From: Bacilli bacterium
Lineage (GTDB): Bacteria > Bacillota_I > Bacilli_A > ML615J-28 > CAG-313
DNA: 64,000 nucleotides
NCBI GenBank assembly: GCA_045119035.1
Contig: JBGVCU010000042.1
Coordinates: forward strand, 3,984-67,983
Direction: 5' to 3'
A model generated the notes under the pieces. It was not told the origin of the DNA and searched no databases. It saw only the letters and a program-made list of their open reading frames with translations. Below are positions 49,152 through 58,930 of the stretch, in pieces (the stretch's first letter is position 1; every line of letters starts with the position of its first letter). The translations under genes were made by a program, and so were the position numbers.

Positions 49152-50321
49152 TTATTTCTTATAAATTATTTTTCCATCAATTAAAATTGTTTTTGGTTGT
49201 GCTAAATAATGGAAAGGATTATGTGACCAAATAACAATATCTGCATCTTTTCCAACTTCAATACTTCCAACACGATCATCTATATTTGTTAATTTTGCTG
49301 CATTAATTGTAACAGCTTTTAAAGCATCAAGTTCATTTAAACCACTTCTAACAAAACGTCCTAATTGTAACATTGTATTATCAAGTTCAATAACTGGATG
49401 GTCAGTCATAATAGCAAAAGGAACTTTAAAATCATTTAAAATTCTTCCTGCTTCAAATGTCTTATTTTGAACTTCAGGCTTTGATTTATAATTCATTGTA
49501 GGTCCAATTACACAACGAACTTGGTGTTTTGATAAAAATTCAGGAATCATATATCCTTCAGTACAATGTTCAATTGTATAATTTAAATTAAATTCTTCTA
49601 AAATTCGAACAGCTGTTTGTATATCATCAGCTCTATGAGCATGAATTTTTATAGGTAATCCTTCAAATACTCTTTTTAAAGAATGCATTCTAACATCAAT
49701 GTTAAATTTTACATCTTCACCATTATTTAATTTTTCTAAATACATTTGATAATCAATATGATATTGTTTAGCTTTTGTAAGCTGTTCTCTAATGATTGCT
49801 GCAGAAGCCATTCTTGTATGAGGAGCTTGACCACGACCACCATAACTTCCTTTAGGATTTTCTCCAAGTGCCATTTTCATTGCTGATTCTTCTACCATTA
49901 CCATATCTTCAACAGTTTTACCACGTAATTTTAATATTGCAAATGTTCCACCAATTAAATTTGCAGAACCTGGTCCAATATTAACCGTAGTAATACCAGC
50001 TTCTAAAGCACTCTTGAAATAACGATCAAAAGGATTAATACCATCAATCGCTCTTAAATGTGGTGTTACTGGATTTGAAAATTCATTAACATCATTACCT
50101 TCTTTATATACTTCTTCTAAAATACCTAAATGACAATGAGCATCAATTAATCCAGGTGTAACATATCTACCAACTGCTTTAATAACTGTTGCATTTTTAT
50201 AATCATCTTCATTAATATTTTTAGCTATTTTTAAGATTTTACCCTTATTAATTAAAATATCTCTAAGTTCATAATTAACATCTGCCATCGATAATAGATT
50301 AGCTTTTTTTATTAATATCAC
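49152..50321 (-). CDS. Metal-dependent amidohydrolase (Amidohydro_1)
   Basis: PGLIDAHCHLG, KMALGENPK, HAHR, EH, TDHP and G.I..GKDAD motifs. Confidence 0.92.
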   Translation of the reverse strand: MILIKKANLLSMADVNYELRDILINKGKILKIAKNINEDDYKNATVIKAVGRYVTPGLIDAHCHLGILEEVYKEGNDVNEFSNPVTPHLRAIDGINPFDRYFKSALEAGITTVNIGPGSANLIGGTFAILKLRGKTVEDMVMVEESAMKMALGENPKGSYGGRGQAPHTRMASAAIIREQLTKAKQYHIDYQMYLEKLNNGEDVKFNIDVRMHSLKRVFEGLPIKIHAHRADDIQTAVRILEEFNLNYTIEHCTEGYMIPEFLSKHQVRCVIGPTMNYKSKPEVQNKTFEAGRILNDFKVPFAIMTDHPVIELDNTMLQLGRFVRSGLNELDALKAVTINAAKLTNIDDRVGSIEVGKDADIVIWSHNPFHYLAQPKTILIDGKIIYKK

Positions 50322-50519
50322 AAAATCACCCCATTTTATATTATATATTATACCATAAAATATTTTTTTGTCAAAAAATAGTTTTTTTAAATTTTTAAAT
50401 ATACAATATAATATTATTATTTAATTTGTGTATTTTTTACTTTATACATAATATAGTAATATCTATTTATTAATTTCATATAAATTGACTATTTAATGAA
50501 TATTTGATATAATGTTTAA

Positions 50520-50750
50520 AACATATGATTTAGAAAGAGTACATTTAGGTAAATTTTTAGAGAAGGCTTGGTTGGTGAAAAAGCTCAAATGAACTATTTG
50601 GAATGGGTCTAATGATGTGAAAAGAGGAAATGCTTTTCCGTATTATCCTGCGTTAAAGGAAAATGAGGGTATATATAATATATACTAAATTAAGGTGGCA
50701 CCACGAAATTATCGTCCTTATGGAAATTAGTTCCATAAGGCTTTTTTTAT
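50520..50750 (+). promoter_or_regulatory. T-box leader (Trp)
   Basis: AGAGA/GGUGAA stem I motifs, GAA-UGG specifier, AAGGUGGCACCACG, terminator ccttatggaa...ttccataagg + U7; TTGACT-17-TATAAT at 50485-50513. Confidence 0.93.
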
Positions 50751-50762
50751 AGGGAGGTATTT

Positions 50763-51758
50763 ATGAAAACAATCGTATCTGGTATTCAACCAACTGGTAA
50801 CTTAACACTTGGAAATTATTTAGGAGCTATTAAACAATTTGTAGATTTACAAAACACATTAGATGATGCAGTTTTTTATATTTTTATTGCTGACTTACAC
50901 GCTATTACTGTTCCTAAAGTTCCTTCAGAACTTAGAAAAAATATTAAAGAACTTGCTGCACTATATCTTGCAGCAGGACTTAATCCTGAAAAGGTTAATC
51001 TATTTATTCAATCAGAAGTAAGAGAACATGCTGAACTTGGATATGCTTTACAAACAATCACTTATATTGGTGAACTTGAAAGAATGACACAATTTAAAGA
51101 TAAAAAAGTTAAACAAGTAAATGGTGTTTCAACTGCACTTCTTACATATCCCGTATTAATGGCTGGAGATATTCTTCTATATAATGCAGATTATGTTCCT
51201 GTTGGAGTTGACCAAAAACAACATTTAGAATTAACTCGTGATTTAGCAGAAAGATTTAATAATCGCTATTCTGAAACATTTAAAATCCCTGAACCACTTC
51301 TTGTTAAAAATGGTTCTAAAGTTATGAGTTTAACTGATCCAACAAAGAAAATGTCAAAATCTGATCCAAATGAAAAATCAGCTATTTACATTCTTGATCC
51401 AAAAGAAGTTATAAGAAAGAAAATAGCATCAGCTGTAACAGACTCTGAAACTTGTGTAAAATATGATCCTGCAAATAAACCTGGTATTTCAAACTTATTA
51501 ACTATTATGTCTGCATGTACTAATAGATCTATTCCAGAATTAGAAAATGAATTTAAAGATAGCAATTATGGTACATTTAAACAAGCTGTTGCTGATAGTG
51601 TAATAAGTGTATTAGAACCTATTCAAAATAGATTCAAAGAATATATTAATTCAAGCGAACTTGATGAAATCTTAAATAAAGGTCGCGATAATGCATCATT
51701 TGTTGCAAATAAAATGATTAAAAAAGTATATCGTAAAATTGGATTAGGTAGAAAATAG
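50763..51758 (+). CDS. trpS: Tryptophanyl-tRNA synthetase
   Basis: SGIQPTG.LTLGNY, YPVLMAGDILLY, VPVG.DQKQH and KKMSKS motifs. Confidence 0.98.
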   Translation: MKTIVSGIQPTGNLTLGNYLGAIKQFVDLQNTLDDAVFYIFIADLHAITVPKVPSELRKNIKELAALYLAAGLNPEKVNLFIQSEVREHAELGYALQTITYIGELERMTQFKDKKVKQVNGVSTALLTYPVLMAGDILLYNADYVPVGVDQKQHLELTRDLAERFNNRYSETFKIPEPLLVKNGSKVMSLTDPTKKMSKSDPNEKSAIYILDPKEVIRKKIASAVTDSETCVKYDPANKPGISNLLTIMSACTNRSIPELENEFKDSNYGTFKQAVADSVISVLEPIQNRFKEYINSSELDEILNKGRDNASFVANKMIKKVYRKIGLGRK

Positions 51759-51768
51759 GTGAAATAAA

Positions 51769-52386
51769 ATGGCGGTAACAATTATCGGAATTGCAGGAGG
51801 AACTGCATCAGGAAAAACAACAATTGCAAAAAAACTATATGCTACAACATCACAAGTAGGTAGTGTTGCCATGCTTAGAATGGATGATTATTATAAAATT
51901 ACAGATCATCTTACTTTAGAAGAACGTCGTCAAATAAATTTTGACCATCCTGATTCATATGATGTTGATTTATTTATTAAACATTTAGAAATGTTAAAAA
52001 ATGGATTAGATATTGAAAAACCAATTTATGATTTTGTTGTTTCTAATAGAACTAAAGAAACAGAAACAATTAAATCAAGTAGTGTAATTATCGTTGAAGG
52101 AATTTTATTATTTGCAATTCCAGAATTACTAAAAAAATTTGATATCAAAATTTTTGTAGAAACACCAGATGATATTCGTTTTATTAGAAGATTAAAACGT
52201 GATATGAGAGATCGTGGAAGAAGTATTGAATCTGTTGTAAACCAATATTTAACAACAGTTAGACCAATGCATGAAACATTTGTTGAACCATCAAAAAAAT
52301 ACGCTGATTTAATTATTCCTGAAGGTGGACATAATCAAATAGCTATTGACTTTGTTGAAACAAAAATACTACAATTATTAAAATAA
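51769..52386 (+). CDS. udk: Uridine kinase
   Basis: GIAGGTASGKT, D.YYK, NFDHP, IIVEGI and R..RD..RGR motifs. Confidence 0.96.
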   Translation: MAVTIIGIAGGTASGKTTIAKKLYATTSQVGSVAMLRMDDYYKITDHLTLEERRQINFDHPDSYDVDLFIKHLEMLKNGLDIEKPIYDFVVSNRTKETETIKSSSVIIVEGILLFAIPELLKKFDIKIFVETPDDIRFIRRLKRDMRDRGRSIESVVNQYLTTVRPMHETFVEPSKKYADLIIPEGGHNQIAIDFVETKILQLLK

Positions 52387-52436
52387 AACATTAAAAAGGC
52401 TTATTAATTTAAGCCTTTTTTTATATATATTAATAG

Positions 52437-53564
52437 GTGATAAATATTAAAGAATTAATTAAATATAGAAGACATCTTCATAAATATCCAGAAATTGGAT
52501 TTGAAACAACAAATACTATTAATTTTATTATTAATGAAATAAATAATATTGATTATAACCAAAATAAAATTAAATTACTAATTAATAAAATAAATAATAA
52601 TTTAATAGTAACCTTATCAACAAAAAATTCAAACATATTAGGTTTTAGAGCCGATATTGATGCTTTAGAAATAAAAGAAACAAATAATATTTCATATAAA
52701 TCAACAAACAATTACATGCATGCATGTGGACATGACGCTCATACCGCAATCTCTTTAAGAGTCATAACTTATCTATTAGAAAATCCTTCTACATTAAATG
52801 GTACTGTAAGATTTATATTTCAAAATGCTGAAGAAGGGCCAAATGAAGGTGGAGCATTTCATTTAATTGAAAATGAATTAATAAAAGAAATCACATCAAT
52901 ATTCGCTCTTCATGTAAATAGTGAATTAGAACCATTTACTATTCATTATAGATATAATGAAATAATGGCTCAAAGTAATATGTTTAAAATTGAATTATTT
53001 GGTAAAAGTTCTCATATTACTAGATTTAAAGAAGGAATTGATGTATTAAAAATAGGATTTAAAATTTATAATAAAATAATGAATTTAACTAAGAAAGACT
53101 TAATTTATATTGGTAAATTTAATAGTGGAGTATCTAGTAATATTGTTTCTGAATATACAAAAATAGAAGGTTCAATAAGAACCTTCCATTTACAAAATTA
53201 TAGATATATATATAAGAAAATTGGACAAATTATAAAAAGATATTCCAAAAATAACAAATATAAAATTAGTTATAATAATGGATATCCTCCTGTAATAAAT
53301 AATAAGAAATTAACTGATCTACTTATTAATTGTTCTAATAATCTAAATATTAATATTAAATACTTGAAAAAACCATTTCTTTTTTCTGATGATTTTTCAA
53401 GATATAGTGTAAATTCACAAATTTGTTATTTTTTTATTGGAACAAAATTAAATAAAAATACACCACTACATTCAAGTAATTTTACGATTAATGAAGATGC
53501 GTTAAAGACGGGATTTGATATATTTATAGAATTAATTAAAAACTATCCTTTTAAATATGTTTAA
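52437..53564 (+). CDS. M20D amidohydrolase (N-acetyl-diaminopimelate deacetylase-like), highly AT-drifted
   Basis: RRHLH..PE, RADIDAL, MHACGHD, FQ.AEEG, ALH, DDFS and LH motifs; start uncertain (GTG 52437 or ATT 52446). Confidence 0.85.
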   Translation: MINIKELIKYRRHLHKYPEIGFETTNTINFIINEINNIDYNQNKIKLLINKINNNLIVTLSTKNSNILGFRADIDALEIKETNNISYKSTNNYMHACGHDAHTAISLRVITYLLENPSTLNGTVRFIFQNAEEGPNEGGAFHLIENELIKEITSIFALHVNSELEPFTIHYRYNEIMAQSNMFKIELFGKSSHITRFKEGIDVLKIGFKIYNKIMNLTKKDLIYIGKFNSGVSSNIVSEYTKIEGSIRTFHLQNYRYIYKKIGQIIKRYSKNNKYKISYNNGYPPVINNKKLTDLLINCSNNLNINIKYLKKPFLFSDDFSRYSVNSQICYFFIGTKLNKNTPLHSSNFTINEDALKTGFDIFIELIKNYPFKYV

Positions 53565-54777
53565 TTAAATAATAGTTCTTCTTACCACGTCTAATAATAG
53601 TATAAATATTTCCAATTGCGTTTTCTTTAGAAATAACACTTTCTAAATCTTTATTTTGAACTCCATTTACAAGTACTCCACCACCTGAAACAAATTCTCT
53701 TGCTTCACGTTTAGATTTTGCTGCACCTGCTTGAATTAATGCATCTAAAATATTTAAGTCTTCTTTAACTTCAATTGTAGGTACTCCTTGGAATCCCATA
53801 TTGATTTCTTCGACTGTTAAGTTTCCAACTTTACCACTAAATAAAGCTTCTGAAATAGCTACTGCTTTATTATATTCTTCTTCACCATGTAAGAATGTAA
53901 TAACAGCTTTAGCTAAAGCTTTATGAGGTTTTCTTAGATGTGCTTCTGTTTCAAGAGTTTTTTCTAAATCTTCAATTTCTTCTTTTGATAAGAAAGTAAG
54001 TTTCTTTAAGTAGTCAATTACTTTAACATCTTCTACATTGATTAAGAATTGATACATTGTATAACTTGATGTTTTATTTTTATCAAGCCAAATAGCTCCA
54101 CCTTCACTCTTACCGAATTTAGTACCATCAGCTTTTGTAATAAGTGGCATTGTAAATGCATAAGCTTCTTTTCCTAATTTTTTTCTAATTAGTTCAATAC
54201 CAGCAGTAATATTACCCCATTGGTCTTGACCAGCTACTTGCATTACACAATTTTTAGTTTGATATAAATGTAAGAAGTCAAGTGCTTGCATAATCATATA
54301 AGAAAATTCTGTATATGTAATTCCACTATCAAGTCTTCTACGTACGATATCTTTATTTAACATATAGTTGATATTAAAGAATTTACCAAAATCTCTTAAG
54401 AAATCAATAAAGTTAATATCTTTACACCAATCATAGTTATTAACAACTTCACAATCAAAAATTCTAGTTACTTGTTCTTTTAAGCAATTAAAATTATGAT
54501 CTACTTGTTCTTTTGTAATCATTGGACGTTCACTACTAGGTTTTGGATCTCCAATTAATCCTGTTGCTCCACCAACAAGTAAAATAGGATGATGTCCTGC
54601 TTGTTTTAAACGTGTAGCAATTAAAAATGATGAAAAATGTCCAATATGTAAACTATCCCCAGTAGGGTCAGTTCCAATATAGAATGTTAATTTTTCATTA
54701 TTTAATTTTTCTTCAAGTTCTGGGTGACTCATATCATTAATAAGGCCACGCCATTTTAATTCTTCAAATAAAGTCAT
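53551..54777 (-). CDS. tyrS: Tyrosyl-tRNA synthetase
   Basis: GTDPTGDSLHIGH, EFSY..MQA.D, G.DQWGNI, KFGKS and C-terminal S4 domain. Confidence 0.98.
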   Translation of the reverse strand: MTLFEELKWRGLINDMSHPELEEKLNNEKLTFYIGTDPTGDSLHIGHFSSFLIATRLKQAGHHPILLVGGATGLIGDPKPSSERPMITKEQVDHNFNCLKEQVTRIFDCEVVNNYDWCKDINFIDFLRDFGKFFNINYMLNKDIVRRRLDSGITYTEFSYMIMQALDFLHLYQTKNCVMQVAGQDQWGNITAGIELIRKKLGKEAYAFTMPLITKADGTKFGKSEGGAIWLDKNKTSSYTMYQFLINVEDVKVIDYLKKLTFLSKEEIEDLEKTLETEAHLRKPHKALAKAVITFLHGEEEYNKAVAISEALFSGKVGNLTVEEINMGFQGVPTIEVKEDLNILDALIQAGAAKSKREAREFVSGGGVLVNGVQNKDLESVISKENAIGNIYTIIRRGKKNYYLIKHI

Positions 54778-54810
54778 ATTATCAAATCCTCTCTTTTAAA
54801 ATTTAAATTA

Positions 54811-54990
54811 AAAAGTCCTTAGATAAAAGAAAATAATCTTTAAATCTAAGGACGAAATTTTATTCCGCGGTACCACCTTAGTTCTAAGTATAAACTTAGC
54901 ACTTTCATATTTAATTGTACCTTGGTAATTCATTTATTAACTTGGATAACCTTTCAGCAACCGGTTATCTTCCTAAATGTCCTATTAATA
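54811..54990 (-). promoter_or_regulatory. T-box leader (Tyr), directly downstream of the ccpA stop codon
   Basis: GAAGA/GCUGAA motifs, GAAU-UAC specifier, AAGGUGGUACCGCG, terminator gtccttagat...atctaaggac + U-run. Confidence 0.9.
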
Positions 54991-54992
54991 AA

Positions 54993-56006
54993 CTACTTAG
55001 TAGAATCACGCCAAATAATCTTATAATCGATTATTTTCTTTAATTCATGATCTTCTACATCTTCTGTTGTTTCCATTAATTCAGTTAAAAGGTCCATTGC
55101 TTTATTACCAATTTCATAAATTGGAATTTGAATTGATGTTAAGCGTGGACGTGCAAGTAATGCATATCTTGTATCTTGGAATCCAATTACTTGAACATCA
55201 TTTGGAACACTTAAACCTTTTTCAGCTACGATATTCATAAATGAAACAGCCATTGAATCACGTACAACAATAGCAACATCAGGATGATTAGAATTTAACA
55301 TATTTCTAAATTCATCTTCATTGATTTCTGTTGTACCATGAGCACGATAGATTTTTGCTTCTAGTCCTGCTTCATTCATAGCTTGAGTATAACCCTCAAT
55401 TTTTAATTCATTAACAATATATTTTCTTTTTGTAGTAACTAACCAAATTTCTTTATTACCTTTTTCAATCATTTGTTTTGTAACATCGTAAGCAGCAGTT
55501 TTATAGTCGATTGTTACATATGGTAAACCTTTTTCAGCACCATTTGTGTTAGTTAAAATTACAGGTATATTTAAATTTGCTAATAAGTCAAATGACCCTC
55601 TTGTGATTTCATCGTTTACATATAAAACTCCGTCAACACCTGAAGCCATAACATTTCCTAATGTTTCTTTTTCAAGAGCTAACGCTTGTTCATCTGTAGG
55701 ACTACTATCATTAATAAATAATCTTAATAGATATCCACGTCTAGTTGCGCAGTCAGCAATACCGTTAACCATTTCTGCTACTGATGAACGATTTAAACGA
55801 GGAACAACGACTGCAACAGTGGTAGATTTTGAACTAGCTAATCCTTTTGCGTTTAAATTTGGTTTATACCCAAGTTCTTTAATAATTCTTTCAATTTTTT
55901 CCTTAGTGGCTGGTTTTACTTTTTCAGGATGATTTAATACACGTGAAACAGTTGCGAGTGAAACACCAGCAGCACCAGCGACATCATATATTTTAATCTG
56001 ATTCAT
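54993..56006 (-). CDS. ccpA: LacI-family regulator, CcpA-like
   Basis: IYDVA..AGVS.ATVSRVLN, Y.PN..A.GLAS, RP.LTSI..P.YEIG..AM.LL; Bacillus-like tyrS-ccpA-murC neighbourhood. Confidence 0.8.
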   Translation of the reverse strand: MNQIKIYDVAGAAGVSLATVSRVLNHPEKVKPATKEKIERIIKELGYKPNLNAKGLASSKSTTVAVVVPRLNRSSVAEMVNGIADCATRRGYLLRLFINDSSPTDEQALALEKETLGNVMASGVDGVLYVNDEITRGSFDLLANLNIPVILTNTNGAEKGLPYVTIDYKTAAYDVTKQMIEKGNKEIWLVTTKRKYIVNELKIEGYTQAMNEAGLEAKIYRAHGTTEINEDEFRNMLNSNHPDVAIVVRDSMAVSFMNIVAEKGLSVPNDVQVIGFQDTRYALLARPRLTSIQIPIYEIGNKAMDLLTELMETTEDVEDHELKKIIDYKIIWRDSTK

Positions 56007-56098
56007 AAAATGCCTCCTTTTTTAAATTTTATTATTCCTCCTATATCAGTATATTAATTATACCACATTTTCATTTTATTTTCAAGCATTTTCATAAT

Positions 56099-57484
56099 TT
56101 ATTTTTGAAATTCATTATCCATATTAATAAATTGAATATTTAATTGTTTCTTTAAAAAACTTATATGATCTTTAAAGCTCCACATAGAGCGATATTCTAT
56201 TGAATATTGTGTTGCAATCCATGGCCATAATTCACCTGGAATACCCCATTTGTTAACATCTCTTTCAATTTCTTCGTCTAATATTTCTACTGCAAGTAAT
56301 AATTCACTATATACTTCTGCAAGAAGTGGTCTTACTTCATTATATCTAGCAATAACTTTATCAACGAACTTTTGATCATTAAATAATAATTTATATAATG
56401 GATTATTATCTTTAAGCCACATCTTTGAATTTTGATATCCTTCATACATATTGCTGTTTTCATTTCTACCAACAACACCTAGTGCAATATCAAAATCCCA
56501 TACAGGACCAGCTTTTAACATACCATCAGTAAACACAAAATAAACACTAGTTTGAACTGCATCAACATTTTTAAATAGCTCATTTACTAAATAATAATCA
56601 ATTAAAGAATCTACATCAATTAATGATTCATAATCTTTTTTATTTCGAATAGAATCAAATACATTATCAACAAATTCTTTAATATATTTACATCTTTCTT
56701 TAGTAGCATCTTCATCTTCAGGATATTTAAATGCAAAATATAATCCATTTGATTCAAAGAATGATTCATCTTTTACAAGACCATCAGCTAAAATACGATC
56801 TAGAAAATCTAGTTCCATTAAATATGATGGATTGGCATCAAAATCATCTTGTTCAATATCAACTCTACCTTTACCAGTTTGCATTTGTTCACATAGTAAA
56901 TATAATCCAAGATATTCCCCATTAAATTCAACTTCAACAAAAATACTTGAAGGTTGGAAATCTAAATTATCAAGTTTGTTTGCAGTTAAATAAGCTAAAT
57001 AATTTCTCATATGAGATTTATCAAAATAATTAGCTAAAAGCACCCAACTTTTTGATTTTTCAAGTCCAAATAAACTTTGTTTTTCATCAAACTTAATTCT
57101 AAAAGCTTTCTTAGGAGCATCAAGTGTTGAATTACCTCTTAAACGAATTCCCATTGCAGCTTCTTCAAATATAATATTTTCTGTATTAGGTTGTTCTACA
57201 ATTTTTAAATTACCTTTTATATAGTCTTCCTTATTATATGGAAATACTTTGTCCTTTGTATTGATAATTATTTTTGGTACTTCATTTTCTTCACTAACAA
57301 AGTTCTTAATATTTCTTGCTTTTGAAGGAACTTCAGGAGTAGGATTTTCTGGTTCATCTATTCCTGGACCCGAAGTGCCTGGATCTTCTGGCGGATTAAC
57401 ACCTGGTTGTTCTATCATCGTACAACCAACTAGTAAAAATAATAAAAATATTACTATTATTATAAAATATTGTTTCTTTTTCAT
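56099..57484 (-). CDS. CotH-family kinase lipoprotein with Pro-rich linker
   Basis: LVGC lipobox; RLRGNST, KK..RIKF, WVLLANY.D, NGEY.GLY.L.E, N.D and PVWDFD motifs. Confidence 0.9.
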   Translation of the reverse strand: MKKKQYFIIIVIFLLFLLVGCTMIEQPGVNPPEDPGTSGPGIDEPENPTPEVPSKARNIKNFVSEENEVPKIIINTKDKVFPYNKEDYIKGNLKIVEQPNTENIIFEEAAMGIRLRGNSTLDAPKKAFRIKFDEKQSLFGLEKSKSWVLLANYFDKSHMRNYLAYLTANKLDNLDFQPSSIFVEVEFNGEYLGLYLLCEQMQTGKGRVDIEQDDFDANPSYLMELDFLDRILADGLVKDESFFESNGLYFAFKYPEDEDATKERCKYIKEFVDNVFDSIRNKKDYESLIDVDSLIDYYLVNELFKNVDAVQTSVYFVFTDGMLKAGPVWDFDIALGVVGRNENSNMYEGYQNSKMWLKDNNPLYKLLFNDQKFVDKVIARYNEVRPLLAEVYSELLLAVEILDEEIERDVNKWGIPGELWPWIATQYSIEYRSMWSFKDHISFLKKQLNIQFINMDNEFQK

Positions 57485-57546
57485 ATTATATACTCCTTAA
57501 CATATATATTATATCAAAGAAATTTTTTTCTTTCAAATAATATTAT

Positions 57547-58809
57547 TTATTTCACTCTTTTCAAATATGAATTAAAACTTCCAGCACCTAGAAAAATATA
57601 AATACTTTTATTTTGATCATCATTAATCACTAATTCATTAAATTTTTCTTTATTTAATTTTTTAAACTTTCTTAATTTCTTATCAATCTTTTTTTGTAAT
57701 AAAATATCTTGTTTTTCTCTTGAAATAAAGACATCATTAATATAAACTTCATCAAATTTACTTAAAGCTTTTTTAAATTCTCTTATAAACTTAATAGTTC
57801 TAGAATACGTATGTGGTTCAAAAAAAACAATATATTTATATTCAGGATATTCTTGTTTAAGTGAATCATAAAAAGCTTTTATTTCTGTTGGATGATGAGC
57901 ATAATCGCTAATAAATATTTTATTATTAAATATCCATTTTTCTTTTCTTCTTTTAGGAAGTAAATAATTATTTAGGTTATAACTTAAATCTATATCTTTA
58001 TAAAATGAATTAATTATAGAGTAACACGCAAGAAAATTATATATCATATGTTTTCCTTTAAATGGTAAATAAGTTCTTTTACTATTAATCAATACTTCAT
58101 ATCCATTTATATCTTTATTAATTATTTTGCATCTAAAATCATTATTTTTATTAAATCCAAATGTAATTTTATTAGGATGTTTAATTTTTCTACATAAAGC
58201 ATTATCACCATTTATAACTAAATATTTGGATTGTTTACTAAAAGTGTTAAATGAATTAAACAATTGTTTTTTACTTTTATAGTAATCTGGATGATCTAAT
58301 TCAATATTATTAATAACAGAAATAGTAGGATGGTATTTTAAAAAATTATCTTTATATTCACATGCTTCGAAAATCAAAATTTCACTATCATGTCCACAAC
58401 CTATTCCATCACCTTTAATAACTGAAGGATTTATTTCATTTAACATAAATGAGAGTAAACTAGTAGTTGTTGTTTTCCCGTGTGTTCCACTGATCGCTAT
58501 TTTCGTTTGAACATTAATTTGATCAATAAAATCTGAATAATAAAAATATGGATAATTTCTTTTTATTACTTCACGTGTTTCAATATTATCTTGCCCATTT
58601 CCTAAAATATACACATAATTATCTTTAATATTATTAATATCATAATTAAAATATTGAATATTTTTATTATCTAAAATATCATCTGTAAAATATTTGCTCT
58701 GTGTATCAGATCCTATAACATTATGTCCTTTATCTTTTAAATAACAAGCTAAACTAGAGCAACCTGTTCCTTTTATTCCTATAATATAATAATTAATAAA
58801 AATCACCAC
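57547..58809 (-). CDS. murC: UDP-N-acetylmuramate--L-alanine ligase, compact and AT-drifted
   Basis: GIKGTG.SSLA, GSD, GTHGKTTT, EACEY, NIELDHPDYY, DYAHHPTEI, EPHTYSRT and LGAG motifs; start uncertain (GTG or ATT 58797). Confidence 0.92.
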   Translation of the reverse strand: MVIFINYYIIGIKGTGCSSLACYLKDKGHNVIGSDTQSKYFTDDILDNKNIQYFNYDINNIKDNYVYILGNGQDNIETREVIKRNYPYFYYSDFIDQINVQTKIAISGTHGKTTTTSLLSFMLNEINPSVIKGDGIGCGHDSEILIFEACEYKDNFLKYHPTISVINNIELDHPDYYKSKKQLFNSFNTFSKQSKYLVINGDNALCRKIKHPNKITFGFNKNNDFRCKIINKDINGYEVLINSKRTYLPFKGKHMIYNFLACYSIINSFYKDIDLSYNLNNYLLPKRRKEKWIFNNKIFISDYAHHPTEIKAFYDSLKQEYPEYKYIVFFEPHTYSRTIKFIREFKKALSKFDEVYINDVFISREKQDILLQKKIDKKLRKFKKLNKEKFNELVINDDQNKSIYIFLGAGSFNSYLKRVK

Positions 58810-58930
58810 TTCATTATATGCAAAAAGTAAGTCAATAATATATTTTCCTAATTATATTTATTATTATCTTTGTAATTTTTTGTTTTATAAAGTATAATAA
58901 TGAGTGAATAGAATAATTTAAGGTGAACTT

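Noticed and set aside
56099-57484. CotH as stand-alone proof of sporulation
   Set aside because: CotH-like kinases occur widely in non-sporulating bacteria, and this one is a lipoprotein.
58810-58850. sigmaE/sigmaK promoter upstream of murC (CATATAAT) and similar sites near the cot-like genes
   Set aside because: The matches are too degenerate to distinguish from chance at this AT content.
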